NCBI RefSeq assembly: GCF_009914755.1
Contig: NC_060926.1
Direction: 5' to 3' (one strand)
Source: the human T2T-CHM13v2.0 reference genome, Homo sapiens
DNA: 64,000 nt
Positions 15,640 through 30,879 of this stretch are shown piece by piece; positions within the stretch are counted from its first letter, which is position 1, and each line of letters starts with the position of its first letter. A program made the translations under genes and the position numbers. The notes under the pieces are model-generated. The model was given only the letters and a program-made list of their open reading frames with translations, was not told the origin of the DNA and did not search any database.

Positions 15640-16110
15640 GTATTGAGCACAGTGAATATGCATGGATCACTTACCACTTGCTGAACATGGTGTCCAAGTG
15701 ATTCATATGTGTCATCTCGTCTAACTCCTACCACAGCCTGTTGAGGTAGTTTCTACTGGAAAGACTGGGGTGTGTGGAGGGTTAAGTGCCCGCCCTCTGG
15801 TACTGGGCAGCTTGGATTCACCATTTCCAGCTGTGTGATTTTCAGCGCGTGCCTTCGCAGAGCTGTAAAATAGGGATGCAAGTCACAGGATATTTTTGAG
15901 AATTGAAGAGACAATGATGCATGAGCTTAAAAATGTGCATACTACATTTTAACAACATTTTAGCTGTTATAATGAGTCCCCATTTGATAGATGAAGAAGC
16001 TGAATTAGAATAATTCAGTAGCTTGCACAAAGTCACAGTAAGTGATACGCTAAGATTTGAACCCTGCCTGACCTCCAAATCCTTGTGTGTAATCCCTGTA
16101 CTACACTACA
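15640..16110. mobile_element. Cluster of MIR fragments, both orientations
   Basis: ccccatttgatagatgaagaagctgaa...cttgcacaaagtcacag (minus) and ctgtgtgatt...ctgtaaaataggg (plus). Confidence 0.55.
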
Positions 16111-17226
16111 GTGAATACAAGTTTATTCTTCTTTGCCTCAGGTGCTGTGCTGGTCAGTTTGCAACCAATTATCTCACTTAATCTTCCAAATAATTCTATG
16201 AAATGAGCTAATCTCCTGGCCAGGGCAGGGCCTAGGCGGGGCTGCCAGCTGGGCCAGTATGTGGAAGGAAGTTCCCTCCACGATGTGAAAGGGTCACCCC
16301 GTTAGATCCACCCAGGGAGTCCTGTCCCATAGGCAGATGCGGAAGAACAGGGCCACAGTAGTTACCGAGGAGGGGCATCCATACTGCTCAGGAGGTCAAG
16401 TTTTTCTGAAACAGACATTTCACCTAAAACCATTATAAACTCATTGAGAACAGGTGTTTTCGTCTGTTTTGTTCACCAGTACATACCCTTTCTCACACAG
16501 TACCTGACATATAGTAGGTGCTTAATAAATGTCTAGTAAATAAATGGAAAGGGAGCTCTACATTGTGGTTCTAGGGCGAGAGGGCCATGTGTGCAAAGGC
16601 ACAAGGTGGAGGGGGACAGCATGGCCCACTGGAGGTATAAGTTGGTTGAGCCTATTCTAAACCATGAAAACAATGCTCTAATACAGGTGAATGCTCCTGC
16701 TGGGACAGGACAGGAACTGAAGGCTAAGCAGGGCCCAGTTCACCTAAGGGCCTGGGATGGACACCTGAGGGAGAGATGAAGAGGACTGTCCCTGGGGCCC
16801 TTAGGCACAGGCAGGGTGGTGAAAGGAGGCAGATGGACAGACAGCCACGGCGAGGTGGTGAAGGAGCCAAGCCCCAGCTCCACAGACACAATGTTCATTA
16901 AAAATTCAGGGAAATAGCAGAAGTGCGTGTCCTAGAGGGTGGTAACTGTCAAATGAATGTGAAAGACACAAGTGTTCTTCTTTTGGGGTGGCATCGGTTG
17001 AGAGGAAGTTCATCTAAACAAGTGCTTCTTGATTGCCTACTGGAAAAAGACATACAGTGAGGCCCTCTTCACCACCCCCCTCCAACCTTAACCTCTCTTC
17101 ATTTAATTTTTTAATTTGTGCCCCTCCCCTCAAAAACAACAGAACAAAACAGGTAGCCACTGTTATTAGTTTCTTGTATATACTTCTAGAAATTTAAAAA
17201 TATATATAAATCCAAGTAATTTTTAA

Positions 17227-17648
<422 letters not shown>

Positions 17649-17843
17649 TTTTTCATTTTATTTAAAATTTACATAGCATTCCATTTCATGGTTGTACTAT
17701 ATTTAACTGGTTCCCTATTGATAGACATGTTTAAGTTTCTCCCAGTCTTTTGCTATTACAAGCAGTGCAATAATCAATTATCTGGTATTTAAGCAACTGT
17801 AAATGTGCTTCTAGAATTCTTACTATAGAAATAGCATTTCACA

Positions 17844-18620
17844 TGCAAATCAAAACTACAATGAGATACCATCTCACGCCAGTTAGAACAGTGATCATTA
17901 AAAAGTCAGGAAACAACAGATGCAGGTGAGGATGTGGAGAAACAGGAACACTTTTACACTGTTGGTGGGAGTGTAAATTAGTTCAATCATTGTGGAAGAC
18001 AGTGTGGTGATTCCCCAAGGATCTAGAACCAGAAATACCATTTGACCCAGTAATCCTATTACTGGGTATATACCCAAAGGATTATAAATCATGCTACTAT
18101 AAAGACACATGCACACGTATGATTACTGCAGCACTATTTACAATAGCAAAGACTTGGACCTAACCCAAATGCCCATCAATGATAGACTGGATAAAGAAAA
18201 TATGGTACATATACACCGTGGAATACTATGCAGCCATAAAAAGGAATGAGATCATGCCCTTTGCAGGGACATGGATGAAGCTGAAACCATAATTCTCAGC
18301 AAACTAACACATGACCAGAAAACCAAACACCGTGTGTTCTCACTCATAAGTGGGAGTTGAACAATGAGAACACAGGCACACAGGGAGGGGAACATCACAC
18401 ACCAGGGCCAGTTGGGGGTTAGGCGGCAAGGGGAGGGAGAGCATTAGGACAAATACCTAATGCATGCAGGGTTTAATACCTAGATGATGGGTTGATAGGT
18501 GCAGCAAACCACCAGGCCACATGTATACCTATGTAACAAACCTGCACATTCTGCACATGAATCCCAGTACTTAAAGTAAAATAAAAAAAAAAAAAAAAGA
18601 AGAAACGAACAAACAAAAAA
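17844..18620 (+). mobile_element. 5'-truncated L1 (L1PA8-L1PA10-like): ORF2 end, 3'UTR, poly(A)
   Basis: L1 3' end with gcatgcagggttt...gggttgataggtgcagcaaacc; TSD agaaatagcatttcaca (17827-17843) / agaaatagtatttcaca (18621-18637). Confidence 0.9.
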
Positions 18621-18664
18621 AGAAATAGTATTTCACACGCACGCACAATTCTTTACAGTTTTGT

Positions 18665-19556
18665 TTTTTAATTAAACATTTTATTTTGAGATAATTATAG
18701 ATTCACATGCAGTTTTATGAAATAATACCCTTTACCCAGGTTTCCCTAACTGGGTGCAAAACTATGTATAATAATAGCACAACCAGGAAATTAATGTTGA
18801 TATAACCCACTAAACTCATTCAGGTTTTACCAGTTTTCCATGTGTGTATTAAGTTCTACACAGTTCTATCACCTACAGAGGCTGTAGTATCCATCACCAC
18901 AGTCAAGAGAGAACAGTTCCATCATCACAAGGATCCCTTTTCCTGGCCTTTTGTAACCACATCCACCTTCCCCCCTGGCTACTGCCTCCACGCCACCCCT
19001 ACCCCGTCCCTAACCTTTGGTAACCTTGGAACTTTGGCAATGTGTCCTAATTCTCTGTACTTTTGTCTTTTCAAGAATCTTATGTAAATGGAATCATATC
19101 ATACAGTATATGATACCTCCTGGAATTTGATTTTTAAAAATCAGCATAATCCCCTTGAGATTCATCTAGATTGTTGCATGTATCAATAGTTTGCTCCTTT
19201 TTATTGCTTCGTAGTTTTTCATGATACAGATATACCACAGTTTTTTTAACCGTTCACTCATCGAAGGATATCTGGGGTTCTTCCAGTTGTTGGCTCTTAG
19301 GAATAAAGTTGTTATGAACATTTATGTAGAGGTTTTTGTGTAAACATAAAACACTTCATTTTCCTGGGATAAACACCCAAGGGTACAGTCGCTGGCTTAT
19401 ATGGTAATTGCATGTTTAGTTTTATAAGAAATTATCAAACTTTTCCAGAATGGCTGTACCATTTTATAATCCTACCCACAATGGATGAGTGATTTGCATC
19501 CGTGCCCACATGTGGTGTTGTCACTATTTTATATTTTAGTTTTTCTGATGTATGTG
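18665..19556 (-). mobile_element. Old L1 3' region (L1MC-like)
   Basis: ttgagataattatagattcacatgcag...gtaaatggaatcata...ccagaatggctgtaccatttta, reverse L1MC 3' end. Confidence 0.7.
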
Positions 19557-21668
19557 CGTGGCTTTTAAAATTTCTCACCACATTCTTCCAGCTTTAAGTC
19601 TCTGGCTTTAAATCCAGGACTTCAATAACAATAACAGTTGCCCTTTATTGAGCTTATGCCATATTCCAGGCACTGTTCCAGGTATTTTACATATACTGCC
19701 TTATTTAATTTCACTTATTCCTCAGTATAAGCCTGGGAAGTAGAATCCAGCTGTTCATCACAGGCTTAGTCATTTCTGAAATGGTTGGTGGGCTTTAAAT
19801 CATTTGCCTCTCAGTGTATCTTTTTCTACGTCCCTTCTCTTCTCTCAGCTTACTGTTTTGGCCTCTCCTTAGGGAGAAAGGAACCGGGGGTATTCAGGAC
19901 TTTACTCTTGCCTTTAAGACAAGTACCAGATGGATGGGAACAGGCCAGAGAGCCAAGGGGCCAGAGTGTAGTAGTGATTGATGGGCTTCTGGTGCTCCCC
20001 CCCTTCCTGGTTCATAGCTACGGACTAACCAGCAAAGCTGGTGGGCTGGGGAGGAGGACCGGGAAGGAGGGAGAAAGGGTATTCTTCCCTGGTTGCCATC
20101 TATATGCTCAAGCCCTGAATTAAAAATACCTATGGTCCTTCATGTGAGACAGGGTTCTGCTCACTTGCCCATGATCTTCCTGTGGCAAATGAAAACCCTT
20201 GACTGCTCCCAGTCCATGAGTTGAATCCAGGCCCACACCCCAGAGCAGCAGGGAAGGAAAAATGCACAGCTGACAGCCGCGAAGTCCCAACGAAAGCTTA
20301 GGGGTAAAACTGGAAGCAACTCTATTCTCTGAGCTAACAAAATGCCTGGAAGTCAATGTGGGTAAATAGTACTGCAATCAATTAAAATTAATAAACATTT
20401 TCCTGCACCTTCTGTATACAAAGGCCTTTCACAGCATGTCTGAGCTGGAGGGGACCGTAGGGCCATCTCCATTTTCTCCATTTTGCAAATAAAGAAACAG
20501 AGTCCATCTGCGAAGAGACCAAAAGTAGGGATGGGATACTTGTATTTACTCCAAATCTTATCTTTTCCAGGCCATTTCATCAAACCGTGAGATTGTTCTT
20601 GTTTTATTTTAGTTTTGGGACAAGGAAACTGAGACTCAGCAAGTGTAAGGAACTTGTCTACCGTCTCCCAGCAAATTAGCAGTGCCACCAGCCACCAGCA
20701 TTTGAAAGGAGTCCCCAACCCTGATCTGCTTCTTACAGATGCATCCATGCTACAATAACTACAACAGCAACAAACAATAGAAGGAGTGCTGTATCAAGAG
20801 CTCAAGTCTCGCCGTTACCTTGTTGGGTGATCTTAGACAAACTACTTATACTCCTTAGGACTTGGCTTCTTTATTTGGGAAATAGAAAAGCTGGAGATAG
20901 CCCTTCCAGCTCAAAAACACTGTGTGGCGGGGACTTAATTAAAGAAGGTCTTACCTGTTGATTATCCAGTGAGGACATCTGCAGTGTACAGCTCCCAAAC
21001 AGTGGAGACCATCATGATGTGCCTCTGAATTCTGGAAGCCCCACGAGGGCAGGTGGCATAATAAAAGTACAGGGAGATACATTTCGAGGATGTTTGGGTT
21101 CTTATCTCATCTAGGGTGTTCATTTGTTAGGCTAGGAAACTAAAGACAGCTTAAAACCCTGAGCTTTTAAAGCGCCTGGTTTCCCACCCGCTGCCAACAC
21201 TGATTTTATTTCCCATGTGCTCTGTACCCAGCTCTTCATTCGGTTCTGCATCAGCCCCACAGCTGCACACGTGCATACGTTCAGGCCCCAGACTTAGACA
21301 GTTTTGGTTCCTGTAAGTAGCTTTGACAGAGCTCAGCGGTATTCCTTGGGTAGGAGCTGTTTTCTTTTAAAAAGCAGATGTTGATGACAATAAGGTCTAA
21401 AGAGAAGACTGCAATGTAACGGAATTTTAAAATCACTTCTATTTAGAGGAATCCACAGGATATGTTTTAAGAAAATACACCCTCCCATGTTATTATATTA
21501 CTAGTTTCATTGATGAAAAGGCTCAGCTACATTTGGCTTAACATCCTTAATACAAAGGGGCACCTCAAAACACATTTCCAGGCCAAAAATGGTGTAGATT
21601 TCTTGTCCTTTTCAATTAGACCTTACTTTCTATCAATGGGGTTCCCTTGTTACCTCTTTTTCCTTTTT

Positions 21669-22261
21669 TAAAATTTTATTTTACTTTAAGTTCTGGGATA
21701 CATTTGCAGAACATGCAGGTTTGTTACATAGGTATACACGTGCCATGGTGGTTTGCTGCACCTATCAACCCATCCTCCGGGTTTTAAGCCCCACGTGCAT
21801 TAGATATTTGTCCTAATGCTCTCCCTCCCCTTGACCCCACTCCCTGACAGGCCCTGGTATGTGATGTTTCCCTCCCTGTGTCCAGGTGTTCTCATTGTTC
21901 AACTCCCACTTATGAGTGAGAACACGCGGTATTTGGTTTTCTGTTTCTGTGTTAGTTTGCTGAGAATGATGGTTTCCATCTTCACTCATGTCCCTGCAAA
22001 GGACATGAAACATGAACTCTTTCTTTTTTATAGCTGCATAGTATTCCATAGTGTATATGTGCCACATTTTCTTTATCCAGTCTGTCATTGATGGGCATTT
22101 GGGTTGGGCCAAGTCTTTGCTATTGTAAATAGTGCTGCAATAGACATACGTGTGCATGTGTCTTTATAGTAGAATGATTTAAAATCCTTTGGGTATATAC
22201 CAGTAATAGGATTGCTGGGTCAAATGGTACTTCTCCTTCTAGATCCTTGAGGAATCACCAC
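21669..22261 (-). mobile_element. 5'-truncated L1 (L1PA8-L1PA10-like)
   Basis: Reverse L1 3'UTR/ORF2 end; perfect TSD cctctttttccttttt (21653-21668 / 22262-22277). Confidence 0.9.
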
Positions 22262-22834
22262 CCTCTTTTTCCTTTTTCAAAATTAAGAAAAGCAAGTAGT
22301 TTTTCACTTATGAGAAAATAAAAAAAAGAAACAGAAAAGAAAACAAGGATTTTATTTGGATATTTAACTATTTTTTAAAAATAGAAAACATATTAATATG
22401 ATTAAAAGCTCAAAAAAGTCAGAAAGATAATCAGCAAAAACTCTCCCTTCCGCCCCACTCCACAGACACAAAGTTCCCCTCCCCAGAGGCAATCAGTGTC
22501 TTTACCCTTCCAGAGGTATGTGATGCATAAGCAAACACACATTCCTGCCCATTATTTTTTTCCTTTGACCTATTATATCACGCACACTATCTGTTGTTTT
22601 TTTCATTTAGCAATATATCCTGGGGTAATTCTCTTTCATTATATGAAGAGTTTTCTTTTCAGCTGTATAATATTTTGTTGCAATTTATTTAGTAAGTCCC
22701 CTACTGATAGCTATTTGTGTTGTTCCCAATCTGTTGCAATTACCAAAAGGCTTCAGAAGTACCTTGTATATGCATATCCTTACATATGCTCGGATAGCCT
22801 TAGAAGAAATTCCTTGAAACAGAAGTTTAGAGTC

Positions 22835-23005
22835 TACAAAATTAGCCGGATGTGTTGGCGCATGCCTGCAATCCCAGCTACTCAGGAGGCTGAGGCAAAA
22901 GAATCTCTTGAACCTTGGAGGCGGAGGCTGCGGTGAGCTGAGATCACACCATTGCGCTCCAGCCTGGGCAACAAGAGTGAAACTCTGTCTCAAAAAAAAA
23001 AAAAA
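22835..23005 (+). mobile_element. 5'-truncated Alu, right arm only (AluSp/Sq-like)
   Basis: gggcaacaagagtgaaactc subfamily signature, poly(A); TSD aagtttagagtc (22823-22834 / 23006-23017). Confidence 0.88.
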
Positions 23006-23054
23006 AAGTTTAGAGTCAAAGATAGGAGCATTTGTAACAGTGATGATGAATTAG

Positions 23055-23369
<315 letters not shown>

Positions 23370-24389
23370 TACACTTTCATTTTAAAATCACCTGTAACCC
23401 CTTCTTCAGTGTTAGTCATACTAACATTTTAATGTATAATTTTCCAGAAACACCCATTTAACAAACATATACCAAGTCCCGAGGGGCTATGTGTTCTAGT
23501 AGGCCCTGAATACAATAGCATAGCACAAAGCTGGCTTCTAGAACGGAGGAAGAGGCACCCAGTAGACGAGAGAAACTGTTATGAGTTGCTCCACGTCACT
23601 CGGGTGTGAAATTTTCTCCCTAAATCCCATCAAATCTGGATCTCAGCTCTACCCTTGCCAAAGTCTGCACCAAATTCCACATTAGCGGCCGGGGTCATTT
23701 CCTTTCCCATGGATCGTACCAAAATCCTGGGGTTTTTGTGGCCAGAAAATTGGAGGCAGCTCTCACATCCTCAGCCCACTGCTGTCACAGTTTCTGGGGT
23801 TGTCCTTGGGGGACCTGCTCCCTGGGGGGCTGGAGATCGCTTGCTCAAAGCCCTCCTCTGTTCTATCAACCCCCAGGTGGGTTCCCACCATGGAGACATC
23901 TGCTTTGCACCCTCAGAGGAAATCCCTGCTCCCACTGAATTCTGCACCCAGGAGTTTACTCAGTTTCCTGGTGCAGTATTCTTTTTAAAAACACCAGCTT
24001 CCACTCCTTCCTTTCCTTGCCCAGTGCTAGCCCCTTCCCTAGAAACTCACCAATAGCTGGGAGCTATGACCCTCCCAAAGAGCCTAGACTGGTTAGACCA
24101 CACAGGTTCAGCTGCTTTGAGAATTGGGAGAGGGGAAATCACATTTTCCTTCCTGGGGTTTCTGTATCCACAGGAATAAAGCAAAAATTAATATCTAAGT
24201 GATTGATCCTACTGCATAAAGGAATAAATAAAAATAAAATGACAAGCTCTGGTAAGCCTTGTTTTGTCTACTGCTGTATTCTTTGCACTTAGAATAATGC
24301 CTGACACATAGTAGATGCTCAGGAAATACTTGTTGGCTGAAAGAATGATGTGTTAGGAGGAAAAAGAATGGGGGAATGTGTAAGGGAGA

Positions 24390-25060
24390 ACATTGGAGCT
24401 AGTGGATGACTGCTTTAGACTGGGTGGTCAGAGATAGTTTTTCTGAGGAGGTGACATCTTGATGGGTTTTTGAGGATCAGAAGGAATCAGCTCTGTGAAC
24501 TGTACTGGGAGGAGCCATCCAGGTAGAGGAGGGCATGGAGGGCTTCAGAACTAGAAGAGAGTTGTAGGTGAAGTGAGCCCAGAAAGAAGCCTTGGACAAA
24601 GGCAGCAGGTTGTGGGGGACCTTGCAGGATGTGTGAAGGCATGTGTAGAGCGCATGCAAACTGCGACGCAGAAACTTTCAATGACTTTGAGCAGGTGAAT
24701 AAAATGATTTCTTTTTTAATCTTCTTTACATTTTTAAAGATCTTCCGGGCAGCTGCTTAATAGTAGATTTGAGCAGACAAGCGGGTAAATCAGATCTGTA
24801 GAGAGGTTACTGCTACTGTCACTGAGATGACATGGCTGGAACTGGGGTTGGTGCTCGGAAACATGGAAAAGTGTGGGTAGATTTGAGATAAATTTGGAGG
24901 CAGACGAAACTCCATTATGGATCCAAGGCGGGAGATGAGAAAAAGAGGGAAACTATAAGAGTTATTCCCAGGCTTTTCCCTCGGAAGAATTGCAATCTGG
25001 GCATCACTGGGATGCAAAGTGAGGGTGGGGCAGGCTGAGGAACGCAGGCTGGGGAGTTTG
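24390..25060 (-). mobile_element. L2 fragment
   Basis: gggtggtcagaga...ctgaggaggtgacat...gtgggtagatttgagataaatttggagg, reverse L2. Confidence 0.6.
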
Positions 25061-25089
25061 TGACCATTGTCTACATAACATTGATGTGG

Positions 25090-25910
25090 TGTTAAGAATG
25101 GGGGAGAGTCAGACAGCAACGTACTAGTCCTGCCTGTGCCAGGGCAACTGTGGGATAATGGGCAGGTTACCCAAACTCTGTGCCCCAGGTTCCTCATCTG
25201 GAAGGAAATAATAATAGTTCGTTTCTAAGTTTTTATAAGGATCAGTGGAGATAATCTATGTAAAATGCTTACAGTAGTGTCTGTCACATAGTAAAGTATC
25301 CAATTTAGCTATTTTTCTCTACTTCTATACTGGAATTTAAGATGGATGTACAGTGTTCCATTTTATGAATCGAATATTTATCCAAATCCCCAATTGTATT
25401 CTTTTCAGTGTTGCAGCTTATTAATAGTAGCACAGTGTTAAAAGCACAGACTTAGGAGCTAAACTCCCTGGATTCAAATCCTGACCCAAGCACTAACTAG
25501 ATGTATAACCTTGGGCAAGTTAACTAAGCTCTTGGTGCCTCAGTTTCCTAATCCCTAAAATGAAGATAATAACAATAGCACCTACTAGTACAATCTCAGA
25601 AGTGATTCTATTCCAATTAAATCATTACACTCATATATTACACTCATTAAATTAAATGAGTATAAAGGTCTCGCTCTCTTAGAACAATGCCTTAGAACTT
25701 GAATATATTAAACATCGTGTAAGCATTGGCTTTTATCATTATGTGCCAGCTACTCTTTTACATGTGTTATGTGTATTTCCTCATCTAATATTTATAATAC
25801 CCCTGTGAAATAGCTATAACTATTATGCCAATGTTATCAATCAGAAAACTGTGGTGCAGAGATTTAAGCCTAGACTCCAGAACCCCTTGCTTTAACAATT
25901 ACTATTTATG
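25090..25910. mobile_element. Cluster of MIR elements
   Basis: ggattcaaatcctg...accttgggcaagttaac...cctcagtttcc...aaaatgaagataataac core; further copies at 25090-25310 and 25740-25910. Confidence 0.65.
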
Positions 25911-27279
25911 GCACATCATTTTATATGTATTTTTGCTCATCATATGCCTATTTCTTTAGGATAAATTCCAAGAAATGGAATTTCATAATTTAAAAAACCC
26001 TATTTTAAGGTCTTTGGTGCATATTAACAAATTACTTCCCAGAGTTTGTAGCAATTTATAATCCCTTGAAAGCAATATAATAGCTATGCTTTCTCACAGG
26101 ATTGCTTTCTTTAGAGTTAAGTAATTCTTATTAATATTGCTATACCAGTTCTTTTTTGGTTAATATTTGCACAGTATGTAGTTCTTCCATTCCTTAATTT
26201 TAATCTTTCTGTGTCTTTATTTTTTAGATTTACATCTCGTAATCAATGTGTATCTAGATTTTGGCTTTTTATCCATCTGAATACTCTATTTATCATAAAA
26301 AGAAAGCTTAATTCATTACTTTCACTGTGATTACCGACATAGTGGGACTTTTGTCCCGATATATAATTTTGCATTTTTAATTTACCATACTTCTTTCTTT
26401 TCCTTTCCATCTTTTTAGTCCTCTAATGGATCCACTGAGTTTTCTTTATTCTTCCTTGGTTTCCTTGACTAGTTTGAAATTGTATAGTCTATGTCTATTT
26501 TTTAAGCAATTGCTCTTACATTTTTAATATGCTTATTTAAGTTAACAAATTCTGTCTTCGTCCCAAGCAAGATTGGCATCTTTATGTACATTCATTGCAA
26601 ATGATCTGTCCTTCACACATCTATGATAATATTGCTAATAGACTAACTTTATTAATACATTTCTCTCTCTCCAATTATTCTTTAACAAACATTCATGCAG
26701 GACTTCTGGCTATGGCCTAATGAGGAAACTGGCAACCTCTCTTCCCATAAAACCAACTATGAAGCCAGCAAAATTGATAAAAATAACCTTTTCAGTACTT
26801 TGGAAACTGATCAAAGGCAGACCACCTGAGAAGCTTTTATGCTTGAAAAACTGCTAAACTTCGGGTATGGACAGTGGCAATCTGTAACGTCTTAGCCTGG
26901 GGCTGCTCCTCTCCCCAACTTAGCTGATGTGAAGTTTGCCAGGCCTGGGCAGGTCAAGAATACTGGCAGCTTCTCTGCCAGGATTGTAGGGAATTCACCA
27001 GATTTGGAGCAGTGGGCAAAGCCCATAACCAGAGGCATTGTTGGTGAAGTGACCATGCCAGCACAGGTAAGTGGGTGGGGACAGTGGTCTACTAGCCTGA
27101 GGCTGTGTGGTTGGGGCCAGTGTATTCCTAGCTGAGGCTGTGGGTATACACAGCAGGGAATGAAGAGGGCTCAGAATCCCCCTTCAAATTCCCACTCAGA
27201 ATTCCATTGTCATGTCTCCCTAGTATCTTCCAATCTGGGTTAGTTCCTCAGTCTTTTTTTCTTTTCATGGTCTTGACAC

Positions 27280-27578
27280 TTTTTTTTTTCCCTTTTTCAG
27301 GCAAGGTCTCGCTCTGTCGCCCAGATTGGAGTGCAGTGGTGCAATCTCGGCTCACTGCAACCTCCGCCTCCTGGGTTCAAGCAATTCTTGTGCCTCAGCG
27401 TCCTGAGGAGTTGGGATTACAGGCGGGCACTGCCAGGTGGACTAATTTTTGTATTTTCAGTAAAGATGGGGTTTCAATATGTTGGCCAGGCTGGTCTTGA
27501 ACTCCTGACCTCAAGCGATCCGCCGGTCTCAGCCTCCCAAAGTGCCAGGATTAAAGGCGTGAGCCACCATGCCTGGCA
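27280..27578 (-). mobile_element. Alu (AluSz/AluJb-like)
   Basis: Full dimeric reverse Alu. Confidence 0.85.
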
Positions 27579-28344
27579 GATCAGGGCACTTTTGAAGAGC
27601 ACTATTCAGCAATTTGTAGAATGAATGCTCCTCAACTTGGAATCAGACAAGGATAACTATTAGGAATGTGCTAGAGAATGTATAGGAAAAGATGGATAGA
27701 ATGAGTAAAGAATTATATGGGAGTATTTCAGGAAAGAATTGGAAGCACTATAAAACCCAATGAAAATTTTAGAACTGAAAAATACAATATCTGAAATCAT
27801 GTCTTCAGATGGGATTCATAGCATCTGGGACATTGGGGTATTCAGAATGAAGGATCTGTGAACTTGGAGATAGGGCAAAATAAATTATTCAAACTGAAGC
27901 AGAATGAAAACAAAACTATTTTTTTAAATGAACAAACCGTCAGTGACATGTGGAATAATATCAAGTAGTTGACATATGTAATTGAAGTCACAGAAGACAG
28001 AACATGACAGAAATAAAATGAAAACAAAAATGATGGCCGAATATTTCTTAAACTTGATGAAAAACATCAATACACAGATCCAAGAAGTTTGACAAATCCC
28101 AAATGGGATAAATACAGACACATCATGGTCAAATTGTTTAAAAAGATATGAAGAAAATATTAAAAGAAGCCAGAGGGAAAAAAGAAAAATTATCTACAAG
28201 GTGACAAGTATTTGTATTGCTGTTGGTTTTTAAAATTAGAAACAACAAAAGCCAGAAGACATTTGAAAAACATCTCTAAAGTGCTGAAAGAAAAAAACCT
28301 TCAACCTTAAATCTTGAAATGATATATCCTTAAAAAATTAAGAA

Positions 28345-28647
28345 GGCCAGGCGCAGTGGCTCACACCTGTAAACCCAGCACTTTGGGAGGTTGAGGTGGG
28401 CAGATGACCTGAGGTCAGGATTTTGAGACCAGCCTGGCCAATATGGTGAAACTTGATCTCTACAAAAAATACAGAAATTTACCTGTGTGGTGCCACACAC
28501 CTGTAATCTCAGCTACTCGGGAGGCTGAAGCATGAGAATCGCTTGCCAGGAGGCGGAGGCTGCAGTGAGCCGAGATTGTGCCACTGCACTCCAGCCTGGG
28601 CAACAGAGTGAGACTTCGTCTCAAAAACAAAAACAAAAACAAAAACA
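28345..28647 (+). mobile_element. AluSx-like with (CAAAAA)n tail
   Basis: ggccaggcgcagtggctcacacc...cctgaggtcagga; flanking aaaaaattaag repeats. Confidence 0.88.
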
Positions 28648-29516
28648 AAAAAATTAAGGTGAAATGAAGACATTTTCAGATAAACAAACATTGAGAGAAT
28701 TTATAGCCAGTAGACCTTCACTACAAGAAGTGCTAAAGGGAGTTCCTCAAACCAAAGGGACACTATACCAGATAGAAACACATGCGACCAGGAAGAAATG
28801 AAGAGTTCCAGAAATAGTAAGCATGGGGGTAAATAGAAAAGGCTTTTTTCCTTTCCTTAATTTTCTGAATGTGCAATTGATAATTTAAAGCAAATGAATG
28901 ATAACAATATACCATGGGGTTTATAACATATGTAAAATAAAATATGTAATCATAATACTACAAAGTACAGTAGGAGGTAAATGAAGTATGTTGTACAGTT
29001 TTTATTACATGTGAAGTAGCATAATATTAATAAGTTGCAGTCTGTAAAAAACTAAAGTTGCATATTGCAATCTCTAGAGTAAGAGCTACAGATAAAAAAG
29101 AGGCATAACTAAAAATCCAATGGAGGAGATAAAATAAAATACTAAGAAATAACACAAAGAAAATCAGAAAAGAAGAAAAAATGAACAAAAATGGGGGAAA
29201 TAAATAGGAAGCAAATAACATGATAGTAGATGTAATCTAAAATAATTGTTTATCAATAATTACATACATGCAAAGAAGCTAAGCACTTCAATTAAAACCT
29301 CAGTGCCTTAAGCACATATCTGGTTCTAATAACTTCACGGTCGATTTGGTTTTTAGTTGGTTTTTACAGCTCTGATTTTAGCTTTCTTTTTCTACTTTCC
29401 AGTACTTGTGGATTTCCTTTGTATGTTTTTGAGATAGGCTGAATATGAATTGTTTTTAAATAAATATATAATATTTACATAATTTTATATATATATGTGT
29501 ATATATGTAATATAAA

Positions 29517-29751
29517 TCACGGCTCACTGCAGCCTCGATCTCCTCAGGCTCAAGTGATCCCCCCACCTCAGCCTTCTGAGTAGCTGAAACTACAGGCACA
29601 CGCTACCATGTCCAGCCAATTTTTGTATTTTTAGTGGAGATGGGGTTTCTCCACGTTTCCTAGGCTGGTCTCGAATCCCATGGCTCAATCAGTCTGCCTG
29701 TCTCAGCCTCCCAAAGTGCTGGGATTATAGGCATGAGCCATAGTGCCCGGC
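29517..29751 (-). mobile_element. AluJ lacking its 3' end, adjacent to an AT-rich/(TA)n tract
   Basis: ggctcactgcagcctcg...ggctcaagtgatcc J-type; flanks ttttaaata.atat on both sides. Confidence 0.8.
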
Positions 29752-30543
29752 TTTTAAATATATATTTAAAGCATAACTTCCCTGTGTTTGGAGGTAGGGT
29801 AGGGAATCTGGGAGCTTCCCGCAGCAGTTCAGTCTATGATATTGGCAGCTTTATTTAAAAAATGTAAATAATGAATCCCAGCTGAATTTATTCCATCTTA
29901 AGCTAATAATAAGTTTCTAACTTTATTTTAAAAATAATTGGCTCATTGCCCTCATTTGCTAAATAACCTAGCCTTCCTCCACTGATTACAAACATTTGGG
30001 TGCATTGCTGTATTTCTGCTCTGTCACCATGCTTCTCTGTTTTTGCACCAGTAGTACAGTCTTACAATTATTTCAGCTTTCCATTATTTCATTCAGTCTT
30101 AGTGTCTGCTAGGTAAAAGCCCCTACCATCACCCCTATTCCAAACATTTTGGCTATTCTACTTAGATGAACTATAGGATAATTTTGTCAAGTTAAAACAT
30201 TTTTTGTTTGGATTTTATTTGGGATAATGTTAAAGATGTAGTATTACTTGGGCGAAGAATTGGTATCTAAGTGGTCTTAGATTTTCCCACCCAGAAACAT
30301 GACATGCTTTTTCATTTATTCAAGGCAAGAATGTCTCTCAATGAAGTTTTGCAGTTTTCTTCGTGCATGTTCTGTCCATTTTTTCATAAGGGTATTCCTC
30401 CATCCCTCTTCAGTAACTGTGTTTTGCTGAGTAAGATCTCTTTATCATATATGTAGGGTTTCTTGTCTTGACCTTGTGTTTAATGAATAGAGTATTAAAA
30501 AGGTTTTTCTTTTTAAACATTCACTAACATGGTAATGCATTAA

Positions 30544-30873
<330 letters not shown>

Positions 30874-30879
30874 TAACTA

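Larger units (their letters stand above)
26690..29300 (+). mobile_element. Ancient L1 5' end/ORF1 remnant (L1M/L1ME-like), interrupted by Alus and an L1MC fragment
   Basis: ggacttctggctatggc 5'-end start; decayed ORF1-like gaaaattttagaactgaaaaatacaatatctgaaat...agacattttcagataaacaaa...cagtagacct. Confidence 0.6.
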
